Below are positions 37,979 through 48,800 of a stretch of DNA of 64,000 bases, in pieces. The stretch's first letter is position 1, and every line of letters begins with the position of its first letter. A program made the position numbers and the translations under genes. Source of the stretch: Candidatus Magasanikbacteria bacterium RIFCSPHIGHO2_01_FULL_33_34 (GTDB taxonomy: Bacteria; Patescibacteriota; Patescibacteriia; Magasanikbacterales; UBA922); assembly GCA_001782825.1 (NCBI GenBank), contig MFPS01000009.1:31770-95769 (forward strand). Reading direction: 5' to 3'. Below the pieces are notes generated by a model, which worked only from the letters and a program-made list of their open reading frames with translations, searched no databases and was not told the origin of the DNA.

Positions 37979-40837
37979 ATGCCACAATACATAAAAATTA
38001 CAAATGCTCGAGTAAACAACTTAAAAAATGCTTCTCTCAAAATTGAAAAAAACAAACTTACAGTAATTACTGGACTATCTGGATCAGGTAAATCATCTTT
38101 GGCTTTTGATACCATCTATGCCGAAGGACAACGCAGATACGCAGAAAGTCTAAATGCTTATGCGCGTCAATTTATGGATGTACAAGACAAACCTGATGTT
38201 GATGAAATTACTGGATTGTCTCCGACTATCGCCATTGATCAGAGAAATACTTCTCAAAACCCTCGTTCAACAGTCGGAACTGTAACCGAAATTTATGATC
38301 ACCTCCGTCTATTATTTTCTCGCATTGGAAAACAATTTTGTCCTGATACAAACAAACCCGTAACCAAATATACCACTGGTGAAATTACTGAAATCATCCG
38401 CAAAACTTGTCGCACAGAAAAAGAAGTTTTATTATTTGCTCCAATAATTACAAAAAAAGAAATTGATGCCAAAAAAATTCTCCCTCGCCTTGAACAATCT
38501 GGTTATCAAACTATCCGTGTCAATGGTATTATAATGAAATTAATAGATTTAAAAAAATACAAATTTAATACAAATTCAACTTATGATATTGAAATATTGA
38601 TTGGCAAAATAACTGACATTAAAAAACAAGATATATCATCATTAGTTGAAAAAGCAATTGATCTTTCAAATGGATCAATACTAATATTAAATGAAGAAAC
38701 CGGGGACGAACAAATTTATACTACTTTTCCATTTTGTCCAGATTCTAATAGAAATTTTGAAGCAATTGAACCAAGGACTTTCAGTTTCAATAGTCCATAT
38801 GGAGCATGTCCACGCTGTACTGGTCTTGGTTTTACATTAGATGTAGATACTGATTTAGTTATTCCCAACCCAAGACTTACGCTAGCAGAAGGAGCCATTC
38901 AACCATGGACTAGAATTGTCGGCAATCAAAATCATTATCAAAAAATATTATCTTCTGTAGCTCAAGCTCACAATTTTTCCATGAATACACCCATAAAAGA
39001 TTTGCCTCAAGATGTAATGAATATTTTATTTTTTGGTACAGATGGAGAAAACTATGAGATTGATGGTAAAAAAATGAATTATGATGGAATAGTCCCAAAT
39101 CTTACTCAACGCCATGCTGAAACTGATTCTGAATATATTAGAAAAGAAATTGAAAATTACATGCGTGAAAAAAAATGTCCGGCATGCAAAGGTAAAAGAC
39201 TAAAAGCCGAATCTCTCCATGTCAAAATCAATGACTATTCAATCTCAGATATTGCTGAGATGACTATTGAAGAAGCTAATGACTTTTTTAATCAACTTAT
39301 TTCCAAACCAAACTCCACAACGACCAAAGGCAAAAAAACTGACAATCATCTAATAATTACCAAACAAGAAGAACAAATTGCTTTGCCTATTTTAAAAGAA
39401 ATAAAAAATAAAATTGACGATTTGTTACAAGTTGGTCTTTATTATCTAACACTTGATCGTGGATTTAATACGCTCTCTGGTGGTGAAGCCCAAAGAATCC
39501 GTTTATCATCACAACTCTCCACTGGACTTACTGATGTTATATATATATTAGATGAACCTTCTATTGGACTCCACCCAAAAGACAATGACAAACTAATAAA
39601 TACCCTAAAAACATTACGGGATTTAGGTAATACTGTTATAGTAGTTGAACATGATCAAGCGATGATAGAAGAAGCAGATTATGTTGTAGATGTTGGACCT
39701 GGAGCTGGATTTTATGGCGGAGAAATAATTGCCTGTGGAACACCTGCTCAAATAAAGAAAAATCCAAAATCAATTACTGGAAAATACCTATCAATGAAGG
39801 AAAAAATTTCTGCGCCAAAAAAACTTCATGCTGGCAATAATAAAAACATATCAATCATTGGAGCAAAAGCCTTCAACCTTAAAAATATTGATGTCAATAT
39901 TCCTCTCAGCAAATTAGTTTGTGTGACCGGCGTCTCTGGTTCTGGAAAATCTAGCCTTATTACCAATATACTAGGCAAAGCTCTTAGTAAACATTTTTAC
40001 CGAGCAAAAAGTGAACCTGGTATACATAAATCTATAAAAGGAATAACAAATATTGATAAAGTAATTTCAATCAATCAATCTCCAATTGGACGAACACCTC
40101 GCAGTAATCCAGCCACCTATACTGGTGTATTTACTGGCATTCGCGATGTATTTACCAATGTTCCAGAAGCAAAACTCCGCGGATATGGTGCCGGTATGTT
40201 TAGTTTCAATGTCAAAGGTGGTGGTAGATGTGAAGCTTGTTCAGGAGATGGATATATCAGAATTCCAATGCAATTTTTGACTGATGTATTTGTTGAATGT
40301 AGTGAATGTGAAGGGAAAAGATACAACAAAGAAGCTCTAGAAATTCATTATCATAGCAAAAATATTGCTGATGTCTTAGATATGACAGTTGAAGAAGCCA
40401 GAGTATTTTTTTCTGATATTTCTGGAATTGCTGACAAACTACAAATATTACGAGAAGTTGGATTAGGTTATCTACATCTTGGACAACCAGCTACCAACTT
40501 ATCTGGTGGTGAAGCCCAAAGAATAAAACTGGCTACAGAATTATCTCGCCGTGCTACTGGTAAAACTTTATACATACTTGACGAACCAACTACTGGTTTA
40601 CATTTTGAAGATATCAAACGCTTACTCCAAGTATTAAACCAACTAGTAGACAAAGGAAATACCGTCCTAATCATTGAACATAATCTTGATGTTATAAAAT
40701 CTGCTGACTGGGTGATTGATCTCGGTCCTGGTGGTGGCAAACAAGGTGGTGAATTAGTCGCCGAAGGCACTCCAAAAGATGTAGCCAAAGTAAAAAATAG
40801 TTATACCGGACAATATTTGAAAGAACTACTTAAATAA
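37979..40837 (+). CDS. uvrA: Excinuclease ABC subunit A
   Basis: Two ABC ATPase modules ([24 protein letters not shown]; LSGGEAQRI twice) and Cys4 zinc modules, 952 aa. Confidence 0.95.
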   Translation: MPQYIKITNARVNNLKNASLKIEKNKLTVITGLSGSGKSSLAFDTIYAEGQRRYAESLNAYARQFMDVQDKPDVDEITGLSPTIAIDQRNTSQNPRSTVGTVTEIYDHLRLLFSRIGKQFCPDTNKPVTKYTTGEITEIIRKTCRTEKEVLLFAPIITKKEIDAKKILPRLEQSGYQTIRVNGIIMKLIDLKKYKFNTNSTYDIEILIGKITDIKKQDISSLVEKAIDLSNGSILILNEETGDEQIYTTFPFCPDSNRNFEAIEPRTFSFNSPYGACPRCTGLGFTLDVDTDLVIPNPRLTLAEGAIQPWTRIVGNQNHYQKILSSVAQAHNFSMNTPIKDLPQDVMNILFFGTDGENYEIDGKKMNYDGIVPNLTQRHAETDSEYIRKEIENYMREKKCPACKGKRLKAESLHVKINDYSISDIAEMTIEEANDFFNQLISKPNSTTTKGKKTDNHLIITKQEEQIALPILKEIKNKIDDLLQVGLYYLTLDRGFNTLSGGEAQRIRLSSQLSTGLTDVIYILDEPSIGLHPKDNDKLINTLKTLRDLGNTVIVVEHDQAMIEEADYVVDVGPGAGFYGGEIIACGTPAQIKKNPKSITGKYLSMKEKISAPKKLHAGNNKNISIIGAKAFNLKNIDVNIPLSKLVCVTGVSGSGKSSLITNILGKALSKHFYRAKSEPGIHKSIKGITNIDKVISINQSPIGRTPRSNPATYTGVFTGIRDVFTNVPEAKLRGYGAGMFSFNVKGGGRCEACSGDGYIRIPMQFLTDVFVECSECEGKRYNKEALEIHYHSKNIADVLDMTVEEARVFFSDISGIADKLQILREVGLGYLHLGQPATNLSGGEAQRIKLATELSRRATGKTLYILDEPTTGLHFEDIKRLLQVLNQLVDKGNTVLIIEHNLDVIKSADWVIDLGPGGGKQGGELVAEGTPKDVAKVKNSYTGQYLKELLK

Positions 40838-40845
40838 TAAATTAA

Positions 40846-40872
40846 AAAATCCCTTTATAGGGATTTTTTAAT
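40846..40872. terminator. Bidirectional terminator AAAAATCCC-tttata-GGGATTTTT shared by uvrA (+) and pnp (-)
   Basis: 9-bp hairpin flanked by A and T runs, between convergent genes. Confidence 0.65.
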
Positions 40873-43107
40873 TTATCTTCTGTTTTTATTAAATGGTTTT
40901 TTGAAGCCACCGGATCTGCCACCTGAACCACTACCACCTGTTCTTGGTGGTCTTGGTGCTGGAGGCATATATCCTTCTGGTTGAGGTAAAAGTGCTTTCA
41001 TAGAAAGATTTATTCTTCCCATATCATCAATCTCTTTTACTTTCACTCTCACCTTCTGTCCAATTTTCAATACATCGCCTGGTTTTTCTACTCTCTCCCA
41101 AGCAATTTCACTCACATGAACCATACCATCTTTGCCAGGCAAAACCTGTACAAAAGCTCCAAAATCCATAATACGAACCACTTCACCATCATATTCTTCA
41201 CCAGCCATAACTTCTTTGGTAAGTTCTTCAATAATTTTACGAGCTTTAGCCATACCTTCGCCATCATTTGATGTAATCATTACCCGACCGTCCTGTTCAA
41301 TATCAATCTGCACACCAGTATCATCAATAATTTTATTTATTACTTTTCCACCAGGTCCAATAACGTCCCTAATCTTTTCTGGATCAATTATAATGGTTTC
41401 AATTCTTGGAGCATACTTTGACATTGCTTGTGGTTCTGCAATAGTATTTTCCATAACTGATAATATTTCTAATCTAGCATCATACGCTTGTGAAATAGTT
41501 TTTTTCACCAGATCCCAATTAAGACCTTGCGTCTTTGTATCCATTTGTAAAGCTGTAATACCATCTCGTGTCCCAGCAATCTTAAAATCCATTCCGCCTT
41601 TACCATCTTCAATGTCTTGCAAATCAGTCAAAATTTTCCAATTTCCTGATTCGTCTGATGCAAGACCCATGGCAATACCCGCTACAGATTTTTTTATTGG
41701 TACTCCAGCTGCCATCAAGGTCATACTTGAACCACAAGTTGAAGCCATAGAGCTAGATCCATTTGATCCTAACACTTCTGAAACAACCCGAATTGTATAT
41801 GGAAAATCTTCTACTGATGGAAGTACTGGTTCTAAAGCGCGTTCTGCAAGCGCCCCATGACCAATCGCCCGACGGCCAGGTCCACGCATAAATCCTGCTT
41901 CACCATATGTATACGGAGCATCATTATAGTGATGCATATATCGTTTTGTTCCATCTTCTTCCATAGTGTCTAATGTCTGTACATCTCCAGGTGCGCCAAG
42001 AGTAGCAATTGATAATACTTGTGTGTCCCCACGCATAAACATAGCCGAACCATGAGTACGAGGAAGTAAATCAATACTAGATTGCAATTCACGAATTTCA
42101 GTCAACTTTCTACCATCCAATCTTTGATCACGTTCCAAAATTCTTTTTGTAATTTCAAATGCAATATATTCTTTCAAATTCTTTAATCCAGCATTATGAG
42201 TGTCTTCTTCAAAACCTTTTTCAACCAAATGAACTTTCAACGCTTCTTTGATTTTGTCAATCATTTCTTTTCTTTCTTTTTTACTTACTTTTATAGAATC
42301 AAAAATCATTGTATCCGATACGCTTGCCACAAATTCTTGTGAAATTTTTCTAACCTTTTCTTCAACATTATCTTCTATCAATCCCAAATCATTAGCAAAA
42401 TCAGGTAAAGCTAATTTTTCAACCCCAGCTTCAGCACGAACACGCTCAATTAAATCTATTAATGGTTTTAGTTGTTCACAACCCCATTTGATTGCCTCAA
42501 ACATATCATCTTCTTTGACTTCTTTTGCTCCAGCTTCTACCATTACCAATTTTTCCGGTGTACCTGCTACCACCAAATCCAAATCACTTTCTCCAAGTTT
42601 ATCTGAGGTAATATTCAATATGAATTCTCCATTAACTCGTCCAATTCTAGCAGCACCAATTGGACCACCCCAAGGTACGGCTGACATATGAACCACACAA
42701 CTAGCAGCCACAAGACCAACAATAGCTGCATCATTTTCACCATCAACAGAAAGAGCAGTGATTACGACTTGTACATCATTGCGTACTCTTTCATCAAAAA
42801 GAGGGCGAATAGCTCTATCAATTACTCGGCCTGACAATATTGCTTCGTCTGTTGGTCGTCCTTCACGTTTTATAAATCTTGAACCTTTAATTTTACCAGC
42901 GGCATACAATTTTTCTTCAAAATCAACCATTAGTGGAAAGTAATCTATACCTTCACGAACGCTATCACTCTGTACTATAGTCGCCATAATAACAGTGTCA
43001 CCATAACGCACTGTACAAGTCGCATTAGCTTGTAATGCAAATCTACCTGTCTCAATAGACAGTGTTCGTCCACCCCATTCTATGGACCAATTTTTTATAT
43101 CCAACAT
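40873..43107 (-). CDS. pnp: Polynucleotide phosphorylase, with Gly/Arg/Pro-rich C-terminal tail
   Basis: Two RNase PH domains, KH (IGPGGKVINKI) and S1 domains. Tail PPAPRPPRTGGSGSGGRSGGFKKPFNKNRR. Confidence 0.93.
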   Translation of the reverse strand: MLDIKNWSIEWGGRTLSIETGRFALQANATCTVRYGDTVIMATIVQSDSVREGIDYFPLMVDFEEKLYAAGKIKGSRFIKREGRPTDEAILSGRVIDRAIRPLFDERVRNDVQVVITALSVDGENDAAIVGLVAASCVVHMSAVPWGGPIGAARIGRVNGEFILNITSDKLGESDLDLVVAGTPEKLVMVEAGAKEVKEDDMFEAIKWGCEQLKPLIDLIERVRAEAGVEKLALPDFANDLGLIEDNVEEKVRKISQEFVASVSDTMIFDSIKVSKKERKEMIDKIKEALKVHLVEKGFEEDTHNAGLKNLKEYIAFEITKRILERDQRLDGRKLTEIRELQSSIDLLPRTHGSAMFMRGDTQVLSIATLGAPGDVQTLDTMEEDGTKRYMHHYNDAPYTYGEAGFMRGPGRRAIGHGALAERALEPVLPSVEDFPYTIRVVSEVLGSNGSSSMASTCGSSMTLMAAGVPIKKSVAGIAMGLASDESGNWKILTDLQDIEDGKGGMDFKIAGTRDGITALQMDTKTQGLNWDLVKKTISQAYDARLEILSVMENTIAEPQAMSKYAPRIETIIIDPEKIRDVIGPGGKVINKIIDDTGVQIDIEQDGRVMITSNDGEGMAKARKIIEELTKEVMAGEEYDGEVVRIMDFGAFVQVLPGKDGMVHVSEIAWERVEKPGDVLKIGQKVRVKVKEIDDMGRINLSMKALLPQPEGYMPPAPRPPRTGGSGSGGRSGGFKKPFNKNRR

Positions 43108-43206
43108 ATATTTATTGCTGGATTGATCTAGATACTATAGATCTGAACACATAATAATTATATGCAAACCTAGCTGTCTCCAGACCAATCCTTAATTAAT
43201 TAATAA

Positions 43207-43857
43207 TTATTTTTTTATATTTTTTTTATGCATTTGTTTTCTATCATTATTTTTCTTGTAATCAACTGCTTTTTGTCCATTATTGCTATTGTTTCCAGTC
43301 TGCGATTTATTTTCAGACAATTTTCTATCAACAATTAAAAACCTATCCTGATCATCACTCAAATCAAGAAAACTATCAGCAACTTCTATTAATTTTGATG
43401 ATGCTGTCTCACCAAATGCAGCTACTTCTACATATTTGCCAGTACTTTTTTGTAAATATTCTATCAATGGAACATAATCTCCGTCTCCTGACACAAGAAT
43501 AACCGCATCCAAACTAGGTGCAAGTCTAATAGCATCCACTGTAAGACCAACATCCCAATCAGCCTTCTTCATACCAGAATAAAAAATTTGTAAATCTTTT
43601 TCTCTTTTTTCAATACCTAAATTATATAAAGCATCAAAAAATGGCATTTCTTCTTTTGATTCAGTTCTTACGACATAAGCAAAAGCACGAATCAATTTTC
43701 TTCCAGCCACAGTTTCATTGAGAATATTTCCAAAATTTACTTTTTTTCTATACAAATTTTTAGCACTATAATACAAATTTTGAACATCTATAAACACCCC
43801 TACTCTTTGGTGGGGGTGTATTACTGGATTATGTCTATTACTCTTTATCTTTGTCAT
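43207..43857 (-). CDS. NYN/LabA-like (PIN-fold, predicted RNase) domain protein with basic C-terminal tail
   Basis: VGVFIDVQNLYYSA...ILVSGDGDYVPLIEYLQ...VEVAAFG matches PF01936 NYN. Sits between rpsO and pnp. Alternative start at 43881. Confidence 0.7.
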   Translation of the reverse strand: MTKIKSNRHNPVIHPHQRVGVFIDVQNLYYSAKNLYRKKVNFGNILNETVAGRKLIRAFAYVVRTESKEEMPFFDALYNLGIEKREKDLQIFYSGMKKADWDVGLTVDAIRLAPSLDAVILVSGDGDYVPLIEYLQKSTGKYVEVAAFGETASSKLIEVADSFLDLSDDQDRFLIVDRKLSENKSQTGNNSNNGQKAVDYKKNNDRKQMHKKNIKK

Positions 43858-44182
43858 CTTCTTCAATATTATCCTCATCATCTAACACTAGCTCTTGAGG
43901 CTTATCTAGAGATTTCACTTGTTTTAATTTAAGTTTTTTTATTAAATTTTCATGTGATTTAAGATCTTCTTTTTTCAAAAATCTTAACAATCTTCTTCTC
44001 TCACCAACTTTTTTCAAAAGACCTCTTCTTGAAGAATGATCCTTTGGATTAACTTTCAAATGTTCTGCTAACTCATCTATCTCAGCTGAGAGAATTGCTA
44101 TTTGCACTTCACTTGACCCAGTATCTCCCTCATGAGTCTGAAACTTTTTTATTAACTTGGTTTTTTTCTGTTTATCTAACAT
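43838..44182 (-). CDS. rpsO: 30S ribosomal protein S15 with acidic C-terminal extension of about 25 aa
   Basis: GDTGSSEVQIAILSAEIDELAEHLK..DHSSRRGLLKKVGERRRLLRFL matches the S15 core. Tail DDEDNIEEDDKDKE overlaps the NYN gene start. Confidence 0.85.
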   Translation of the reverse strand: MLDKQKKTKLIKKFQTHEGDTGSSEVQIAILSAEIDELAEHLKVNPKDHSSRRGLLKKVGERRRLLRFLKKEDLKSHENLIKKLKLKQVKSLDKPQELVLDDEDNIEEDDKDKE

Positions 44183-44327
44183 ACATGCCAATATTATTTA
44201 TCGGGCCGATTGCTAGCATGTTAATCCCTTTTGGGCTGCATATGGTCCGAACCGCTTATATAGAGTATATAAGCTGATTTTTTAATGAGTATATTATAGC
44301 ATTGCTACCTCAAAATGTCAAGCCAAA

Positions 44328-44852
44328 TTATTCCATACTTTTTTCCTTATATGCAAGAGAATATGCACAAGTTAGGGCAATAGCGAGAGCATCAGCCGCA
44401 TCATCTTGAGTAATCTTTTCCTTCATTTTCAAGTGTATTTGAACCAATTTTTGAATTTGATCTTTTTGGGCCCGACCATACCCCGTGAGGGATTGTTTTA
44501 CTTGAAGCGGTGTAAATTCATCTATTGGTAATCCAGCTTGTTTCAAAGTAAGTAAAATAACCCCTCTCGCTTGCCCCACCTTAATAGCCGTCTTTACATT
44601 ATTACAAAAAAATAAATCTTCAACCCCTGAATAATTTGGCCGATACTTCTCAATAATCGAAGTTAATTGTTCATGAATCTGAACTAATCTATCAATAAAT
44701 TCAAATTTCGTATCAGTTTCAATACAACCATGATCAACATATACCCAGTCTCCATTTTGTTTTTCAATCACACCCCAACCAACTCGCCCAAAACCTGGAT
44801 CAATACCTATGACTCTTTTTTTTTGTTCCAAATTCATAAAATCAAGCTTCAT
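44328..44852 (-). CDS. ruvC: Holliday junction resolvase RuvC
   Basis: VIGIDPGFGRVGWGVIE N-terminus, catalytic D/E/D/D spacing, DAADALAIALTC C-terminal block. Start chosen at MKLDF, overlapping yebC stop; the tracked ORF extends to 44990. Confidence 0.85.
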   Translation of the reverse strand: MKLDFMNLEQKKRVIGIDPGFGRVGWGVIEKQNGDWVYVDHGCIETDTKFEFIDRLVQIHEQLTSIIEKYRPNYSGVEDLFFCNNVKTAIKVGQARGVILLTLKQAGLPIDEFTPLQVKQSLTGYGRAQKDQIQKLVQIHLKMKEKITQDDAADALAIALTCAYSLAYKEKSME

Positions 44853-45576
44853 TGGTATAAACCGCTTCAACATCATCAAGCTCATCCAGCAAATCATACA
44901 ATTTAGCAACACTAGCTGATTCATTTTCTTCCAAAGTAATTGTTTCTTTTGCAACCCATTCCAAACCAGAATCTTCTGTATCAATAGCAAATTTTTTAAT
45001 AACTTCCAAAACTGTTTGTAATTTGTCTATAGCACAATGTAGCTCTATACCAAATTCACTCTCGATAATATCATCCACTCCCGCATCCATTAAACCTAAC
45101 TCAAGATCAGACCACTTTTCCCCAAGCATATCCTTTTTATCTTTACCCAAACGAACAACTCCCATATGATCAAACTGCCACTGAACACAGCCTGGTCCAC
45201 CAAGAGAACCTTCGTACTTAGAAAAAACATGTTTTATTTCTGATACAGCTCTGTTTTTGTTATCAGTAACAGCTTCTATTAAAAAAGCTATACCACCCTG
45301 GCCAAAGCCTTCATATATAATCTCTTCAAAAACTGCGCCTTCAGCTAATTCACCTATTCCTCGTTTTATGGCCTTTTCAATATTATCTTTAGGAACATTA
45401 CTTATTTTAGCTTTGTCTATTGCTAAACGTAATGAAAAGTTCATATCTGGATCCCCTCCACCATGAGACGCCGCAATTGTAATTGCTTTACAAAGTTTAG
45501 TAAACAAATTACTACGAGCCCCATCAATTTTCCCCTTTTTATGTTGAATTTTACTCCATTTTGAATGTCCTGACAT
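44842..45576 (-). CDS. yebC: YebC/PmpR family DNA-binding transcriptional regulator
   Basis: MSGHSKWSKIQHKKG..DGARSNLFTKL canonical N-terminus, 244 aa. Confidence 0.9.
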   Translation of the reverse strand: MSGHSKWSKIQHKKGKIDGARSNLFTKLCKAITIAASHGGGDPDMNFSLRLAIDKAKISNVPKDNIEKAIKRGIGELAEGAVFEEIIYEGFGQGGIAFLIEAVTDNKNRAVSEIKHVFSKYEGSLGGPGCVQWQFDHMGVVRLGKDKKDMLGEKWSDLELGLMDAGVDDIIESEFGIELHCAIDKLQTVLEVIKKFAIDTEDSGLEWVAKETITLEENESASVAKLYDLLDELDDVEAVYTNEA

Positions 45577-45647
45577 ATATTTATGAATAATATAAATTGT
45601 AAGAATTGAAAGTGTTGTTTATAATTAAGCACTAATTCCAATTGTTT

Positions 45648-45722
45648 GTTTTTACGGATTTGATGCCCCAACAAGCATCACCCTCGGAGCCGAAGCGAGA
45701 ATCCTGCCTGCCGACAGGCAGG
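45648..45722. repeat. Structured repeat element copy 2 (core ACGGATTTG-GATGC..GCATC hairpin-ACCCTCGGAGCC..GCGAGAAT) followed by hairpin CCTGCCTG-ccga-CAGGCAGG
   Basis: Aligns with 7358-7407. The first hairpin has compensatory substitutions (GTCGCC/GGCGAC versus GATGC/GCATC). It lacks the 24-bp inverted-repeat arms of copy 1. Confidence 0.6.
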
Positions 45723-45811
45723 GAGTGAATAATAATTCCCATTATATTAATTCACACTACTCATATTAACAATATATTCACACTTTATCACTATATTCAA
45801 TTCTTTTCAAC

Positions 45812-45838
45812 ACAAAACCCCTCTAAAAGGGGTTTTGG
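45812..45838. terminator. Terminator AAAACCCCT-ctaaa-AGGGGTTTT downstream of the giant surface-protein gene
   Basis: 9-bp hairpin with flanking A and T runs, 24 nt after the stop of the 1983-aa CDS. Confidence 0.6.
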
Positions 45839-45861
45839 CTAAAAAGTTATAAAAAGTTATT

Positions 45862-48800
45862 TTATAATCCCAATTGTCCAACCCATCCAAATGTATCTTC
45901 AAGATTGCTCATAATTACTTGGAATACAGACTCTTTTTGTCTTGGTGTAAGCAAAGTATAAGTTCTCGATCTGGTAACATTTCCTGAAGAATCAATAGAT
46001 TCTACTTGAAATTGGTACACTGTACCAGGTTCAAAATCAGTTATGACTAGAATATGTCTCTTGGTATAATTTGGTTGTAATGGTGTTTTTTTACTAAACT
46101 CTACTTTATCATCTGTTCTACCAAATCCTTTTTGATAAAATACTTGACTAGTAGACGGTTCATTGGTTGTCCAAGAAACTATAGCTTGAACGGCTGATTC
46201 ATCACCCGGTAATAAAGCAGCGTCAGTTTGTACCTGAACAATTATTGGGGACGAATCAGTTTCTGAAGTTGAAAATGTTGAAATTATTTTTGATAATATA
46301 TTACCATTCAAATCTTTTCCAGAAAGCTCAACTTGATAAGTAATACCAGCCTCCATATCACTGACTGTAACACCATGCAATATTGAAACAGCTTTATCAG
46401 ATACAGATTTAACCGAATCAATTTGTAATATACCATCCTGACCATAAGGAATATATGTAACCACTGAATCTGTTGGAATATTTGTTGTCCAATTAAAAAC
46501 TGCCTCACTATCAGATACTAAGTCTACTTTGTATGTGATTATTTCAGCTTGCTCATCTTTGGTTGTAAATGTAAGATCACCAGATCTTGCAGTATCTGAA
46601 ACCGGTGTCTTAGATCTCACTTGATAATGATAAGTAGTATTTGGTCTTAATTCTGAAATCAGAATATCATGATTTTCTACTTGTTCTGTAGCATCACCTA
46701 CTACTTGAGAATATTCCCCATTATTTACATAAGTTGATTCAGGCGCAAAAGCTACAAGTGAATTTGCTGGCTTATCTGTTGTCCAATAAACTCTAGCATA
46801 ACTTGATCCTACTTCAACAACTGGCCTACCACCTATTAAAGGTAATGGAACAAGCGCACCAAGTTCTTTTATGGTAGTATACTGAGTTGCCAAACCAGAT
46901 TCTAATGTCTCAATTGATACTTCTCCTGACATTCTTCTAATTATTTCTGCTGTTTTGTCTATAAGTGATTTGAAAATTGACTCTGGAGTTCCTTCTTCTT
47001 CCAAAATTTCCTCTTCAAGTTTTTCTAATTCATCAATTTCTTCTAAACCTGAGAGAGTTGTAAAAGATTGATTAGTAGATATAGTTCTATTTCCAGAAAT
47101 ATCAGCAGTTGAGACTTTAAATGTATATTGAGTTGAAGGTGATAAATCTCCAATAACTAAAGAATGATTAGTTTTTGTACTACTAATATCAACTAAAGCT
47201 ACATTCAAATCTTCTGCTAATTTTCCATATTGTAATATACTATCTCCTGCTTCATTTGTATCCCATTCAATCTTCACGGACTTTGTAGCAATATCTGAAA
47301 CTCTTATATTTGTAATTGTAGGGGCAATCTTATCAGATGGAGGAGTATAAGGAAAACCACCACCACCACTTGGAACACTTGCTACCCCAGCTGCTTCTGC
47401 CACTGCTTCTGCAGCTGCAACCTCGGCTGCAACTTCTGTCGCAGTTGAAAGTTCTTCACTTGTTACAAAACTTGATTGACTTGATGTGGTAGCATTGCCA
47501 GAACCATCAACTGAAGAAACTGTATAATAATAAGTTGTATCTTCAGTCAAACCTGTCAATGAAACTGTATGACTCAAATTTAATCCTGTTGTAAGAGTTG
47601 AATAAGTATCAAGTGAACCTGAGGTTGTTCCATACAAAAGTTGTGTAGTAGCTCCTTCATTGGTAGTCCAAGTTATAACCGCAGTTGTATCAGCCACCGG
47701 AGAAGCTGATACTGATGAAATAGTTGGTACAGTAGTATCATTAGTTGTTATAAAAGAATAATAATTTCCAGAATTTTTATCATTGGCTACACCAGATTCC
47801 ACATAAAAATAATAAGTCGTTCCTTGTATAAGTCCTGTAAGAGTAATTGAATGATTAGTTGTAGCTGTGGTATCTTCTACATTTGATGGACTTGATAAAC
47901 TAGAGTTTGTTGAATAATAAACTTGTGAATCAGCCGAAACATTTGTTGTCCACACAATAGTGGCTTGATTATTATCAACCGAATCAACTGCTACACTAGA
48001 AATGGAAGGTCCATCTAAAGTTGTAATAGAATAACCTGCACCAGAATTTGACTCATATGAAATATTACCATTTGGGTCGCTTGAAGCAAGCTGATAATAA
48101 TATGTCGTATTTGGAGACAATCCTATAACTGAAACAGAATGTCCTCCCAAACTTCCACCATCAGCTTTTACCATAGTATCCACTGTTGTAGTACTAAACG
48201 ATCCACCAAAAGCATTAGCAGAATAAGCAACCGATGAGCTAGCCACTTCATCTGTATCCCATGTAATTGTAAAACCTTGAGTCGTTATATTTGACTCAGC
48301 TCTATTTGTAATGGTTGGTGCGGTAGTATCTGTTCCACCTTGACCATCTGCATTGTCCGATACTACACTTGAAAAAGCTGAAGTGTTACCATCTGAATCA
48401 ACTGTTGCTACTTTATAATAGTAAGTTGTGTTTTGTGAAACTGTTTGGTCAAGATAATAATTGGTAGTACGTGATGCTTCAGATGACAAGAATGTATAAG
48501 TTGACCCATCTGTAGATCTATAAATATCATATCTAGAAAATCCTGGACTCGGAGCTGCTACTGTTTCCCAAATTATAAATTCTTTATAATTTCCTGAACT
48601 TGCATTTGAAATATCTTTGATTACCATATTTGTCGGTGTTTCTGGTGTTGTAGCTGATTGAATTGTAGTTGTATTAGAAAATGCATCCCTAAATTGTACA
48701 TAGACTGTATCTGGATCAGTTGCCAATGTAATTGTATCTGTAACCGCATAGCTCTCCCAAGTTCCATCTGAAACATCAGAAGATAATCCACTTATCATCT

